A model generated the notes under the pieces. The model ran no database searches and had not been told where the DNA came from. It saw only the letters and a list, made by a program, of their open reading frames with translations. Of a stretch of DNA of 51,509 bases, positions 37,371 through 46,921 are shown one piece after another (the first letter of the stretch is position 1; each line of letters opens with the position of its first letter). The position numbers and the translations under genes were made by a program. The stretch is from an uncultured Sangeribacter sp. (GTDB lineage: Bacteria > Bacteroidota > Bacteroidia > Bacteroidales > Muribaculaceae): the NCBI GenBank assembly GCA_964419535.1, contig CAYQQG010000001.1, positions 1-51,509 of the forward strand, written 5' to 3'.

Positions 37371-40300
37371 ATGAAATACTCCTTTCATCAACTGACAATT
37401 TTAGTGCTGCTGGCATTGATCGCGTCGTTTGAGACTTTCGCGCAATCAATATCAATCCGGGGCACTGTAACAGATGCAGAGTTTGGCGATCCACTAATTG
37501 GAGTGACTATTTCGGTCAAGGGTCATCCTACGATCGGAACGGCAACCGATGTTGACGGCAATTACACAATTAATGTGCCGGGCGGATCGACTCTTATTTA
37601 TTCATATGTCGGATACAATAAGGCCGAACGGAAAGTCACCTCCTCGTCAACAATAAACATCGCTCTTGAATCCGACAATCAGACCCTTGATGATCTTGTT
37701 GTCATCGGTTATGGCACAGCGAAGAAAAGCGATATAACCGGCGCTGTGGCATCGGTTGAAGGTGACAAGCTGAAAAAAATTCCCACTTCTTCGCTTGCAA
37801 ACGCACTTCAGGGACAGGCCGCCGGCGTGACAGTCAATTCTCTTTCAGGACGTCCCGGAGCGGCTGCTGAAGTCAGAATCCGCGGCGTCGGCACAGTCAA
37901 TGGCGCGGCTCCTATATATGTAGTTGACGGCGTCATCACTGAAGACATCTCTTTCCTTCCTCCGAATGACATCGATCAGATCGAAGTGCTAAAGGATGCT
38001 TCCGCGGCAGCAATCTACGGCTCTCGCGGCGCCAATGGCGTCATTATTGTCACCACGAAGGGGGGCAAGAAGAATCAGAAAGCAAGAATAACCTTTGACG
38101 CATACGCCGGTTGGCAGGAACGCTGGAAAAAACTGGACGTAATGGACGCTCAGGAATTTGCCGACGCTCTCGTGGCAATCAACGGAAACGCCTCACAGAA
38201 AAAATATTACGCCGAAAAAGGCTTCAACGCATGGCTCAATATGTATCAGGGTCTGCGCTCATCATCATTCTATCCCACAGTATATGATGCTGAAAGTAAC
38301 CCGACCGGCTTCGACTATTCTCAGGTCAACACCGATTGGCAAGATGAGATTTTCCGCAAAGGTGCTATTCAGAATTATTATCTGAACATTGACGGCGGCG
38401 GTGAGAATTTCACATATTCAATGTCCGGAGGTTGGTTCGGACAAGAAGGTATTGTCATCGGCTCTGACTACAGCCGTTTCACAGGACGTCTGAATACATC
38501 ATATCAGGCAACCCCTTGGCTTAAGATTGGTGAGAACATCTCTTTCACCTCTTCAATACTCAAGAACACATACGAAAGCGGGGATAACTCTGAGAGCGCC
38601 GGCGCGAACATCATTTCGGCTGCTTTCGCTATGGCTCCGTGGGATCCGACACGCTATCCGGCCGGATACACGAACCGTGACGGTCAGGATATGGGCGGAC
38701 TCATCTCGGCCGGTTCTAATTTCAAGAACGTGACCAATCCCCTTTCCATGATCGAATATAATCATCCGAAGAGAAGGAACGAAAGGTGGTTCGGAAACGT
38801 GTTCATGGATCTGACCCCGATCAAATATCTTACACTCCACACGGCCTACAACTTTGACTACGTGATTTCCCAGGACAGAAGTTTTGCGGACGCATATACG
38901 GTTTCGGCCTACGACAAGCGCGATAAGAACTTCCTTTCCCGCTCAATGTCACGCAGTTTCTATTGGGATGTCGATAACATTCTCACATACGCCCGTGAGA
39001 TCGGCAATCACAACTTCTCCATAATGGCAGGCAACAGTGTCGAACAATATGATTATTATTCGATCGGCGGCAGCGGTTCTTCAATTATCAATCCGGAAGA
39101 CCGAAACTGGTATCTTTCACAGGTGACTGACGATTATTCAAAGCCTTCTGACGGAGTTTCGCGCAACCGACGTGTCTCCTGGCTCGGACGTCTTCAATAC
39201 GGATATGCCGGAAAATACCTTCTGACATTCAACTTCCGCGCCGACGGATCGTCAAAATTTGATGAGAAGCATTGGGGCTATTTCCCCTCTTTCGCCGTCG
39301 CTTGGCGTCTCGGACAAGAGAACTGGATGCGCGACTTCACTAATCTTGACGACCTGAAGATCCGCTTCGGCTGGGGCAAGGTCGGAAACGACAAGATCGG
39401 CAACGACGCTTTTGTCCAGAACATGTTCTATGCCGGCCCGACATTTGTCGACTATCCTTTCGGACCGGACGGAATGCTCAATCACGGAGCGGCCGTTCTG
39501 ACCTGGATTAACCGCGGAGGCCACTGGGAGAACACCGAACAATGGAGTGTCGGAATCGACGGTTCTTTCTTCCACGGAAGACTGACAGGCTCGATCGACG
39601 GATTCATCCGAAACACGAACGACATGCTCATGTATGTCAAGGCTCCGGCTCACGTCGGCAATCTTTATGACGGCATGGCTAATGTCGGCCGCGTGAAGAA
39701 CTCCGGCATAGAGATTTCTCTTGAACATCGAAACACCCTCGGAGAATTTTCATATTCTGTAGGCGGCAACATCTCTTTCATTCACAACAAATTGACTGAC
39801 CTCAACGGCGGCTCGCCGATCTATACGAATTATGGTCAGGTTCAGGTTGTCAATCAAGGCTTCCCGCTCTATTACTTCTGGGGATATAACTATGACGGAA
39901 TCTTCCGTACGGATGAAGAGGTCCTTGAAACTTATGACGGATATACCGCGTCCACAAGTCCCTTCCATGCCGGAGACGCCAAATATCGCGACAACAACGG
40001 CGACGGAGTCATTGACGACAAAGACCGCGTCATGATCGGCAGCTCGATTCCCAAATATTCATACGGCATTAACCTTCAGGGATTCTGGCGCGGGTTCGAC
40101 CTCCAGATCTTCTTCCAGGGTCAAGGTGGTAACAAGATTTACAACCAGAAACGCCACGCTTTGGAAGGGAATGGAACCACGAGTGTTCTCTCCCCCATTA
40201 TGGCCGATGCATGGACAGTCGATAACACCGACGGCACTATTCCCAACCCGAAAAACTCGATCAACTATTATGTCAGCGACAGATTCCTCGAATCCGGTGC

Positions 40301-40514
40301 TTATTTCCGCCTCAAGAATCTTCAGTTAGGATATACCCTCCCACAAAAACTCGTCGGAAAGGTATTCAGCCAGGTTAGATTCTATGCTCAATGCGCAAAC
40401 CTGTTCACAATCACCAAATACAAGGGCTATGACCCGGAAGTCAACGGTGGCGTTGACTATGGCAACTACCCCCAGGCTCGCTCATTCATTTTCGGTGTCA
40501 ACCTAACTTATTAA
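37371..40514 (+). CDS. susC: SusC/RagA TonB-dependent transporter
   Basis: N-terminal CarboxypepD-like domain, 'VVIGYG', 'IEVLKDASAAAIYGSRGANGVIIVTTK', 'RADGSSKF', 'YFRLKNLQLGY', 'YPQARS'. Confidence 0.97.
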   Translation: MKYSFHQLTILVLLALIASFETFAQSISIRGTVTDAEFGDPLIGVTISVKGHPTIGTATDVDGNYTINVPGGSTLIYSYVGYNKAERKVTSSSTINIALESDNQTLDDLVVIGYGTAKKSDITGAVASVEGDKLKKIPTSSLANALQGQAAGVTVNSLSGRPGAAAEVRIRGVGTVNGAAPIYVVDGVITEDISFLPPNDIDQIEVLKDASAAAIYGSRGANGVIIVTTKGGKKNQKARITFDAYAGWQERWKKLDVMDAQEFADALVAINGNASQKKYYAEKGFNAWLNMYQGLRSSSFYPTVYDAESNPTGFDYSQVNTDWQDEIFRKGAIQNYYLNIDGGGENFTYSMSGGWFGQEGIVIGSDYSRFTGRLNTSYQATPWLKIGENISFTSSILKNTYESGDNSESAGANIISAAFAMAPWDPTRYPAGYTNRDGQDMGGLISAGSNFKNVTNPLSMIEYNHPKRRNERWFGNVFMDLTPIKYLTLHTAYNFDYVISQDRSFADAYTVSAYDKRDKNFLSRSMSRSFYWDVDNILTYAREIGNHNFSIMAGNSVEQYDYYSIGGSGSSIINPEDRNWYLSQVTDDYSKPSDGVSRNRRVSWLGRLQYGYAGKYLLTFNFRADGSSKFDEKHWGYFPSFAVAWRLGQENWMRDFTNLDDLKIRFGWGKVGNDKIGNDAFVQNMFYAGPTFVDYPFGPDGMLNHGAAVLTWINRGGHWENTEQWSVGIDGSFFHGRLTGSIDGFIRNTNDMLMYVKAPAHVGNLYDGMANVGRVKNSGIEISLEHRNTLGEFSYSVGGNISFIHNKLTDLNGGSPIYTNYGQVQVVNQGFPLYYFWGYNYDGIFRTDEEVLETYDGYTASTSPFHAGDAKYRDNNGDGVIDDKDRVMIGSSIPKYSYGINLQGFWRGFDLQIFFQGQGGNKIYNQKRHALEGNGTTSVLSPIMADAWTVDNTDGTIPNPKNSINYYVSDRFLESGAYFRLKNLQLGYTLPQKLVGKVFSQVRFYAQCANLFTITKYKGYDPEVNGGVDYGNYPQARSFIFGVNLTY

Positions 40515-40611
40515 TTTAGCTTTAAACTCAAATTGAAAGATCAATCCAAAATTGAAAGATCAAATACATAGACCGATCAATTTAATTTAAAGCATAACGA
40601 TAGAATAAGAA

Positions 40612-42222
40612 ATGAAACGCAATATATTTCTCTACCTTTCGATCATGGCGGTTTCCGCTTCTCTCACTTCCTGTAACGACTGGCTCGGTGAGGAATCGCC
40701 CGGCTCAACCCAACTCGGTGACTTCTTCACCTCCGGAGAGGCCTGCATCCAGACAATAAATGGCTGCTACACTCCGCTCGCTTGGGATTACGGCAACACA
40801 TATTTCCCGGAATACTATCTTGGCGATATCGTGTCTGACGACGCCGTCAAGGGTGGCCAGAACCTCGCTGACGGTTCTCAGCTCTATGATCTCGAGAACT
40901 TCAAGACGAATGCCAACAACGAGTATCTCCTTGATTACTATCGCGCGAAATTCGACGGCATTGCCCGCTGTAACCTCGCTCTCGAACAGGTCGGTGCCTA
41001 CAAACCGGACGAAACCCTAAGTGTTGACCGTCACAACGCACTCATGGGAGAAGCTCATTTTCTCCGCGGTCTCTATTATTTCCAGCTTGTCAGGGTGTTC
41101 GGTGGCGTACCGAAAATTGACTTTGTCGTCGATTCAGCCGACAAATGGGCCCAGACCCGCGCCACAGCCGAAGAAATTTACGATCTTATAATCGATGATC
41201 TCACAGAGGCTGAGCAACTTCTTCCTGATAAGAACTCAAATGTCTATACTTTAGAAGATCTCGGGCGCGCAACCCGCGGCGCCGCTCAGGCACTCCTTTG
41301 CAAGGTCTATCTCTATCAGCACGAATATGACTCTGCCTACGAATGGGGCAAGAAATTTGTTGACACTCAGTATAAGAGCGGAGTCTACAGTCTCGTCCCT
41401 CACTTCTATGACAATTTCACCATTGCGGGCGAAAATGGACCTGAAAGCGTATTTGAAATTCAATATGTTGAAGACCCGATGAGCGATTACGGCGGTTTCG
41501 GTTTCACACGCGGCACATTCAACCAGATTCTCACACGCCCGCGTCTTTCTTCACTCGGTTCCAACTCCGGATGGGGTTTTGACCACCCGACCCAGAACCT
41601 TTATGACGAGTTCGAAAACGGTGACGTCCGCCGCGAAGTCGCAATCGGTGTCCCGGCTGAAAACGAACGTGACGAGGCCGAAGTCAATTATCTCGGATGC
41701 AACTATTACTACAACCGCAAGATCTGTTGGCAGGACGAAGACGGCACTTTCCAACCTCTCGCCCACCATTCCCGCGGGCCGTTGAATCTCCCGCTTATCC
41801 GCACCTCTGACGCTCTTCTTCTTTTTGCTGAGGCGGCTCTTGAAAGTGGCAAAAACATATCTGAAGCAAAATGGGCTCTGGAAGAGGTTAGAAAACGCGC
41901 CCGGCTTGATTCAAACGGTGAGAACACACTTCCACAGTTCCCGAACTACAGAGGATATTCAGACAACCTCGAATCTCTCAGGGATGCAATCCGCCACGAA
42001 CGCCGCGTTGAGCTCGCAATGGAGGGTCACCGTTGGTTCGACCTTGTCCGCTGGGGAATTGCCGCTGAGGTCATGGATCCATCGACAGGCTCATACGGTT
42101 CTAAAGAAGCCGAGCCCATCAGAAAGGAAATGGCAACATTCATTAAGGGCAAACATGAACTTTTCCCGATACCCTCTGAAGAAATCCAACTCAATCAGAT
42201 GCCTCAGAATCCCGGCTATTAA
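40612..42222 (+). CDS. susD: SusD/RagB surface glycan-binding lipoprotein
   Basis: Lipobox 'LTS-C'; 'GEAHFLRGLYYF.LVR.FGGVP', 'IRHERRVELAMEGHRWFDLVRWG', 'QNPGY'. Confidence 0.96.
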   Translation: MKRNIFLYLSIMAVSASLTSCNDWLGEESPGSTQLGDFFTSGEACIQTINGCYTPLAWDYGNTYFPEYYLGDIVSDDAVKGGQNLADGSQLYDLENFKTNANNEYLLDYYRAKFDGIARCNLALEQVGAYKPDETLSVDRHNALMGEAHFLRGLYYFQLVRVFGGVPKIDFVVDSADKWAQTRATAEEIYDLIIDDLTEAEQLLPDKNSNVYTLEDLGRATRGAAQALLCKVYLYQHEYDSAYEWGKKFVDTQYKSGVYSLVPHFYDNFTIAGENGPESVFEIQYVEDPMSDYGGFGFTRGTFNQILTRPRLSSLGSNSGWGFDHPTQNLYDEFENGDVRREVAIGVPAENERDEAEVNYLGCNYYYNRKICWQDEDGTFQPLAHHSRGPLNLPLIRTSDALLLFAEAALESGKNISEAKWALEEVRKRARLDSNGENTLPQFPNYRGYSDNLESLRDAIRHERRVELAMEGHRWFDLVRWGIAAEVMDPSTGSYGSKEAEPIRKEMATFIKGKHELFPIPSEEIQLNQMPQNPGY

Positions 42223-42260
42223 GCCGGGTTCTCTGAGAGCCAATCTCATTGTTCAATTAT

Positions 42261-42338
42261 AGAGAATCCATATTAATAACAGAGAACCATAATATTAATT
42301 ACAGATAACCCTTAATATAAATAACCCATAATTTTAAC
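42261..42338. repeat. Degenerate 17-22 bp tandem array downstream of susD
   Basis: AGAGAATCCATATTAATAAC / AGAGAACCATAATATTAATTAC / AGATAACCCTTAATATA / AATAACCCATAATTTTAAC. Confidence 0.55.
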
Positions 42339-42354
42339 TTTAAAATCATTTATT

Positions 42355-43305
42355 ATGAAAAAAATGATCCTTCTCTCTGCTATGGCACTCGTTGCCGCAG
42401 GCGCATCTGCACAGTACACTTGTGACCCGACAACTGAAGCTCTTCTCGAGCAAGGCACACCCTCGAAGATGTGGTATATCACGCTTTCCGATACATCAGT
42501 CGATGAGCTTACAAAGAAGGGCACCGATATGATCTATGTCGGACCGAGCCCCGAAGAAGGACGCAACTTCTGGTATTGGGCCGGATGGATCGCCGGTCCC
42601 GAAAACAATCCCCGTGTCGGCATGGAAGACGGCGGTTACATGTCTCTCACAGTTACAGGTGATGCAGGCTGGAGCGGCGGTGGTGTCGCTATCAATGGCC
42701 CGCTTTCAACTGATGCAAAAGGTCCCGGGGTCAATCTCGAAGGCTTGAATGATGACACTCGCTTCCACTTCGCATATTGCACAAACGGAACTGCTCCCGC
42801 TTCTGTAGGTCTGATCCTTCTCGATGACTCAGCCAACGGTTCAATTCCCGCGAAGTTCTCATTCGGCTCAATCGCATTTGATGTCAATGGCGTCATCTAT
42901 CCGAGAATCGCAGACACAATCACCGACGAATGGCAGGGTGTGGACATCTCTTTCTCCGACATTAAGAAACTTTGGCCCTCATTCGCTCCCGCTAACCTCA
43001 ACGCATGGGGCGGCAACATTCTCTCAATGCTTTCTGGCAATATCGCACAGAGCAACTTCTGCATGGACGCGATCTACCTCTACAACTCAACCAATTCAGG
43101 CGTTGAGGGCGTAGCGGAAGACGCAACGATCGTAATCACTGACAACACTATCAATGCTCTCGGCGCAAACGGCATCGAAGTTTATGATCTTGCCGGCCGC
43201 AAGGTGGCAGCAACAGAAGGCACAGTTCTTGGCCTCAACAACCTCACAAGCGGTGTTTATGTAGCCAAAACCGCCAACACCGTCAAGAAGTTTGTCGTGA
43301 AATAA
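42355..43305 (+). CDS. T9SS-secreted putative glycan-binding protein (CBM-like beta-sandwich) in the SusE position
   Basis: SPI signal 'ASA-Q'; Trp-rich core ('FWYWAGW', 'GWSGGG', 'EWQGVDIS', 'MDAIYLY'); type-A CTD 'SGVEGV...VYDLAGRKV...SGVYVAK...KKFVVK'. Confidence 0.7.
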   Translation: MKKMILLSAMALVAAGASAQYTCDPTTEALLEQGTPSKMWYITLSDTSVDELTKKGTDMIYVGPSPEEGRNFWYWAGWIAGPENNPRVGMEDGGYMSLTVTGDAGWSGGGVAINGPLSTDAKGPGVNLEGLNDDTRFHFAYCTNGTAPASVGLILLDDSANGSIPAKFSFGSIAFDVNGVIYPRIADTITDEWQGVDISFSDIKKLWPSFAPANLNAWGGNILSMLSGNIAQSNFCMDAIYLYNSTNSGVEGVAEDATIVITDNTINALGANGIEVYDLAGRKVAATEGTVLGLNNLTSGVYVAKTANTVKKFVVK

Positions 43306-43366
43306 GCAAACATCTCTTTATATAGCTATTTCTCAGTCACAGAGAATTTTTAACACTCACTTTTAA

Positions 43367-44467
43367 ATGAACCATAGCACTAAATACGCTTTGGCCATCC
43401 TTTTTGCCGGAGCTGCCGCGAATGTTTTCGCGGCACTCCCGCAGAACGGATCGGGCGAGACGGACGGATACAGACTCGTCTGGCAAGATCTGTTTGACGC
43501 CGAGACCCTCAATCCGGAACGTTGGGACATCGAAGTCAACGGCGCCGGGGGGGGCAATGCCGAACTCCAATACTATACCGACCGTGACGTCAACGTGCGT
43601 CTTGGCGATGACGGTGAAGGGAATCATTGTCTTATACTCACGGCCCGGCGTGAAAACTATCTCGGCAAATCGTTCACATCCGGACGTGTCAATTCAAAGA
43701 ACAGAATTGCATTCACTCACGGAAAGATCGAAGCCTCGATCAAATTCCCTTCAACGGCAAACGGACTATGGCCCGCTTTCTGGATGATGGGCAATGACTA
43801 TGATCAGGTCGGCTGGCCCAAATGTGGTGAAACCGACATCATAGAAATGGGTCATTCAGACGGTTTCCGCGGGGTTCAGGACCGATATTTCAACGGTGCG
43901 ATGCATTGGGGACAGGCATGGCCGAACGCCTCATACGCAAAAGCTCAGGCATGGTCTTATTCGATTCAGGACGGTGAATATCATCTGCTGACATGCATAT
44001 GGGATGAAAATCGCGTGGCCATGTATCTGGATATGGATAAACATCCCAACTACCGCCCATATTTTGAAATGGACATCCCTGCCGATGATCCTGACAACCA
44101 ATGGAGCCCCGGCAATTATTTCCATAAAGACAACTTCATTCTGTTTAATCTTGCCGTCGGTGGAAACTTCCCGGGCATTCATCAACCGAACGACATCACG
44201 GCTCTCAACGACGAGAACGGCCAAGAAGCATCAATGATGATAAATTATGTCAAGATTTATCAGAAAGGTCTTCCGTCCGAGCATGCCGATTTCTTTGACA
44301 AAGGAGATGATTTCAGTGGCGTTGAGAACACTTTCATCACAGAAGATGAGAATGAAGAGGCTAAATTTTATACACTGAACGGTATCCTTCTGCCCGGACG
44401 TCCGACGGAAGCAGGAATATATATTGAAAAATCTTCAGGGAAAGTCAGGAAATTCGTAGTGTCCTGA
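43367..44467 (+). CDS. GH16 endo-beta-1,3-glucanase (laminarinase-type) with T9SS CTD
   Basis: 'LVWQD.F', 'GGGNAELQYYT', 'FTSGR', 'GLWPAFWMMG', catalytic ExDxxE 'WPKCGETDIIE', 'NLAVGG'; CTD 'FYTLNG...GIYI...RKFVV'. Confidence 0.92.
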   Translation: MNHSTKYALAILFAGAAANVFAALPQNGSGETDGYRLVWQDLFDAETLNPERWDIEVNGAGGGNAELQYYTDRDVNVRLGDDGEGNHCLILTARRENYLGKSFTSGRVNSKNRIAFTHGKIEASIKFPSTANGLWPAFWMMGNDYDQVGWPKCGETDIIEMGHSDGFRGVQDRYFNGAMHWGQAWPNASYAKAQAWSYSIQDGEYHLLTCIWDENRVAMYLDMDKHPNYRPYFEMDIPADDPDNQWSPGNYFHKDNFILFNLAVGGNFPGIHQPNDITALNDENGQEASMMINYVKIYQKGLPSEHADFFDKGDDFSGVENTFITEDENEEAKFYTLNGILLPGRPTEAGIYIEKSSGKVRKFVVS

Positions 44468-44642
44468 CTTCTCCCCCTTCCCACTAATTTTTAACGACTC
44501 ACTCCTCTCTCTTAAAACCACTTCCTCCACTCCTCGCCATTCCTCATATACTATTATAGATCATCAATTTAGCAATCTACTCAAAGGGGTAGATAGCTGA
44601 TTGAACACCCAAAATTGAAAACAATTAAACACGATATATAAC

Positions 44643-46919
44643 ATGAAAAAGATAAAACTGACCTTAATGGGGGCTCTCGCTCTGACCGGAATTTCAACAA
44701 TGACGGCCACGAGCAATAAGCCCACCCGCGAGGACGTAATAGAGAAGAATGTCCGGGAATTGATTTCACAGATGACACTCGAAGAAAAAATAGGACAGCT
44801 TAACCAACTCTCCGGATATGGATATGTGCCCGAAATGACCTCTCAGATCCGCAACGGAATGGTCGGTTCTCTTCTTAATGAGGTCGATCCTGTCACAGTA
44901 AACCGCCTTCAGGAACTTGCCGTCGACTCAACCCGGCTCCATATCCCTCTGATTTTTGCACGCGATGTCATTCACGGATATAAGACAATTTTTCCTATTC
45001 CTCTCGGTCAGGCCGCCACTTGGGATCCTGAGATTGTTCAAAAAGGCGCAAGAGTATCGGCAAAAGAAGCTTCCTCGGCCGGAATCCGCTGGACCTTCTC
45101 TCCGATGCTGGACGTTGCCCGAGATGCTCGCTGGGGTCGCATAGCCGAAGGATTCGGGGAAGACCCCTATCTGACTTCAACTCTCGGAGCCGCCATGATC
45201 CGGGGATATCAGGGCGATGATCTTTCAGATCCGACAACCATGGCCGCCTGTGCAAAACATTTTGCGGCCTACGGCGCGGCGGAATCCGGCAAGGATTATA
45301 ACACTACATGGGTTCCCGAACAACTTTTGCGTGATGTCTATCTCCCCCCTTTCAAAAGCGCGGTCGATGCCGGCGCGGAGACTTTCATGTGTTCGTTCAA
45401 CGACATTAACGGCGTTCCTTCATCCGGAAACCGCTATCTGCTCAAAGACATCCTTCGCGACGAATGGGGATTCAACGGTCTCATGGTCAGCGACTGGGGC
45501 TCAATCCAACAGATGATTCCTCACGGATATAGCGCCGATCTCCGTCAGGCTGCCTCTCAGGCTGCTAACGCCGGTGTGGATATGGACATGGAAGGATATG
45601 CCTATACCCGCCACCTCAAAGACCTTGTCGAAAAGGGCGAAGTCAGCGTTGCCACCGTGGATTCATTAGTCGCTAATGTCCTTCGGACAAAATATCGTCT
45701 CGGACTTTTCGATAATCCATATATTGACGAAGCGGCGATGAATAAATATTATGAGACAGAATCTCTCGAGGCTGCAAAAAAATGTGCTCAGGAGGCCGCT
45801 GTGCTTCTTAAGAATGACGGAATCCTTCCGATAGATAAAAAAACGGTGAAAAAGATTGCGGTCGTCGGACCGATGGCTGACGCCAAACATGACCAAAACG
45901 GAACATGGTGTTTCGATCTCGAGAAGGAACGGACCGTCACCCCATTGGCTTCACTGACCGAAATGTATGGCAAAAAGAATGTTATCTACTCTCCCGGATT
46001 GGACTATTCGCGTTCAAAATCTACCGAAAAGTTTGCCGATGCGGTCGAAGCAGCGAAAAAGAGTGACATTGTTCTCTATTTCTGTGGTGAAGAGGCGGTT
46101 CTTTCAGGCGAAGCGCATTGTCGCGCCGACATTTCCCTCCCTGGAGCACAGACTGAACTTCTAAAAGAGCTCAAATCCACGGGAAAACCAGTCGTGATGA
46201 TCGTAATGGCCGGACGCCCCTTGACTCTCCCCGTCGAGTCGGAGCTCGCGGACGCCATTCTGTTCAATTTCCACCCCGGAACAATGGGAGGACCCGCAAT
46301 CGCCTCCCTCCTGTCGGGAGAAGCGAGTCCTTCCGGACGACTTCCTGTCTCATTCCCCTATATGGTCGGTCAGCTTCCGCTTTATTATAACCATAAGAAC
46401 ACCGGACGTCCCGCGGAAGGGATGACTCTCATCGACGATATTGAACTCGAGGCCGGACAGACATCGACCGGATGCACAAGTTTCTATCTCGACGCCGGCG
46501 ACGGGCCGTTATATCCTTTTGGATATGGCTTGACTTATTCTACTTTTTCTTATTCAGACCCCGAAGTTTCAATGACGGAAATCGCGCCTGACGGAACCTT
46601 AACAGCTTCCTGTACAATCACGAACACCGGAAACAGAGAGGCGACGGAAGTTGCGCAGCTCTATGTCCGCGACCTCGTCGGTTCATACATCCGTCCGGTC
46701 CGCGAGCTTAAAGGATTCGAAAGAATCACCCTCAAACCCGGTCAATCAAAGACAATAACATTTACTCTTCCCGCTTCCGAACTTGCATTCTTCGGCAAAG
46801 AGGGCAAATTTATTGTCGAACCCGGAGAATTCCAATTGTGGATCGCTCCGGATTCTCAATCCGGCAACCCTGTGAACTTCACTATTGTCAATAACTCCAA
46901 CCTTCTTTCCAACAAGTGA
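44643..46919 (+). CDS. bglX: GH3 beta-glucosidase (BglX-like), probably periplasmic
   Basis: 'MTLEEKIGQL', 'DVIHG', 'RDARWGR..EGFGED', 'KHF', nucleophile 'VSDW', 'LSGEA', 'YPFGYGLTY', C-terminal FN3-like 'ELKGF'; no CTD or lipobox. Confidence 0.94.
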   Translation: MKKIKLTLMGALALTGISTMTATSNKPTREDVIEKNVRELISQMTLEEKIGQLNQLSGYGYVPEMTSQIRNGMVGSLLNEVDPVTVNRLQELAVDSTRLHIPLIFARDVIHGYKTIFPIPLGQAATWDPEIVQKGARVSAKEASSAGIRWTFSPMLDVARDARWGRIAEGFGEDPYLTSTLGAAMIRGYQGDDLSDPTTMAACAKHFAAYGAAESGKDYNTTWVPEQLLRDVYLPPFKSAVDAGAETFMCSFNDINGVPSSGNRYLLKDILRDEWGFNGLMVSDWGSIQQMIPHGYSADLRQAASQAANAGVDMDMEGYAYTRHLKDLVEKGEVSVATVDSLVANVLRTKYRLGLFDNPYIDEAAMNKYYETESLEAAKKCAQEAAVLLKNDGILPIDKKTVKKIAVVGPMADAKHDQNGTWCFDLEKERTVTPLASLTEMYGKKNVIYSPGLDYSRSKSTEKFADAVEAAKKSDIVLYFCGEEAVLSGEAHCRADISLPGAQTELLKELKSTGKPVVMIVMAGRPLTLPVESELADAILFNFHPGTMGGPAIASLLSGEASPSGRLPVSFPYMVGQLPLYYNHKNTGRPAEGMTLIDDIELEAGQTSTGCTSFYLDAGDGPLYPFGYGLTYSTFSYSDPEVSMTEIAPDGTLTASCTITNTGNREATEVAQLYVRDLVGSYIRPVRELKGFERITLKPGQSKTITFTLPASELAFFGKEGKFIVEPGEFQLWIAPDSQSGNPVNFTIVNNSNLLSNK

Positions 46920-46921
46920 TC

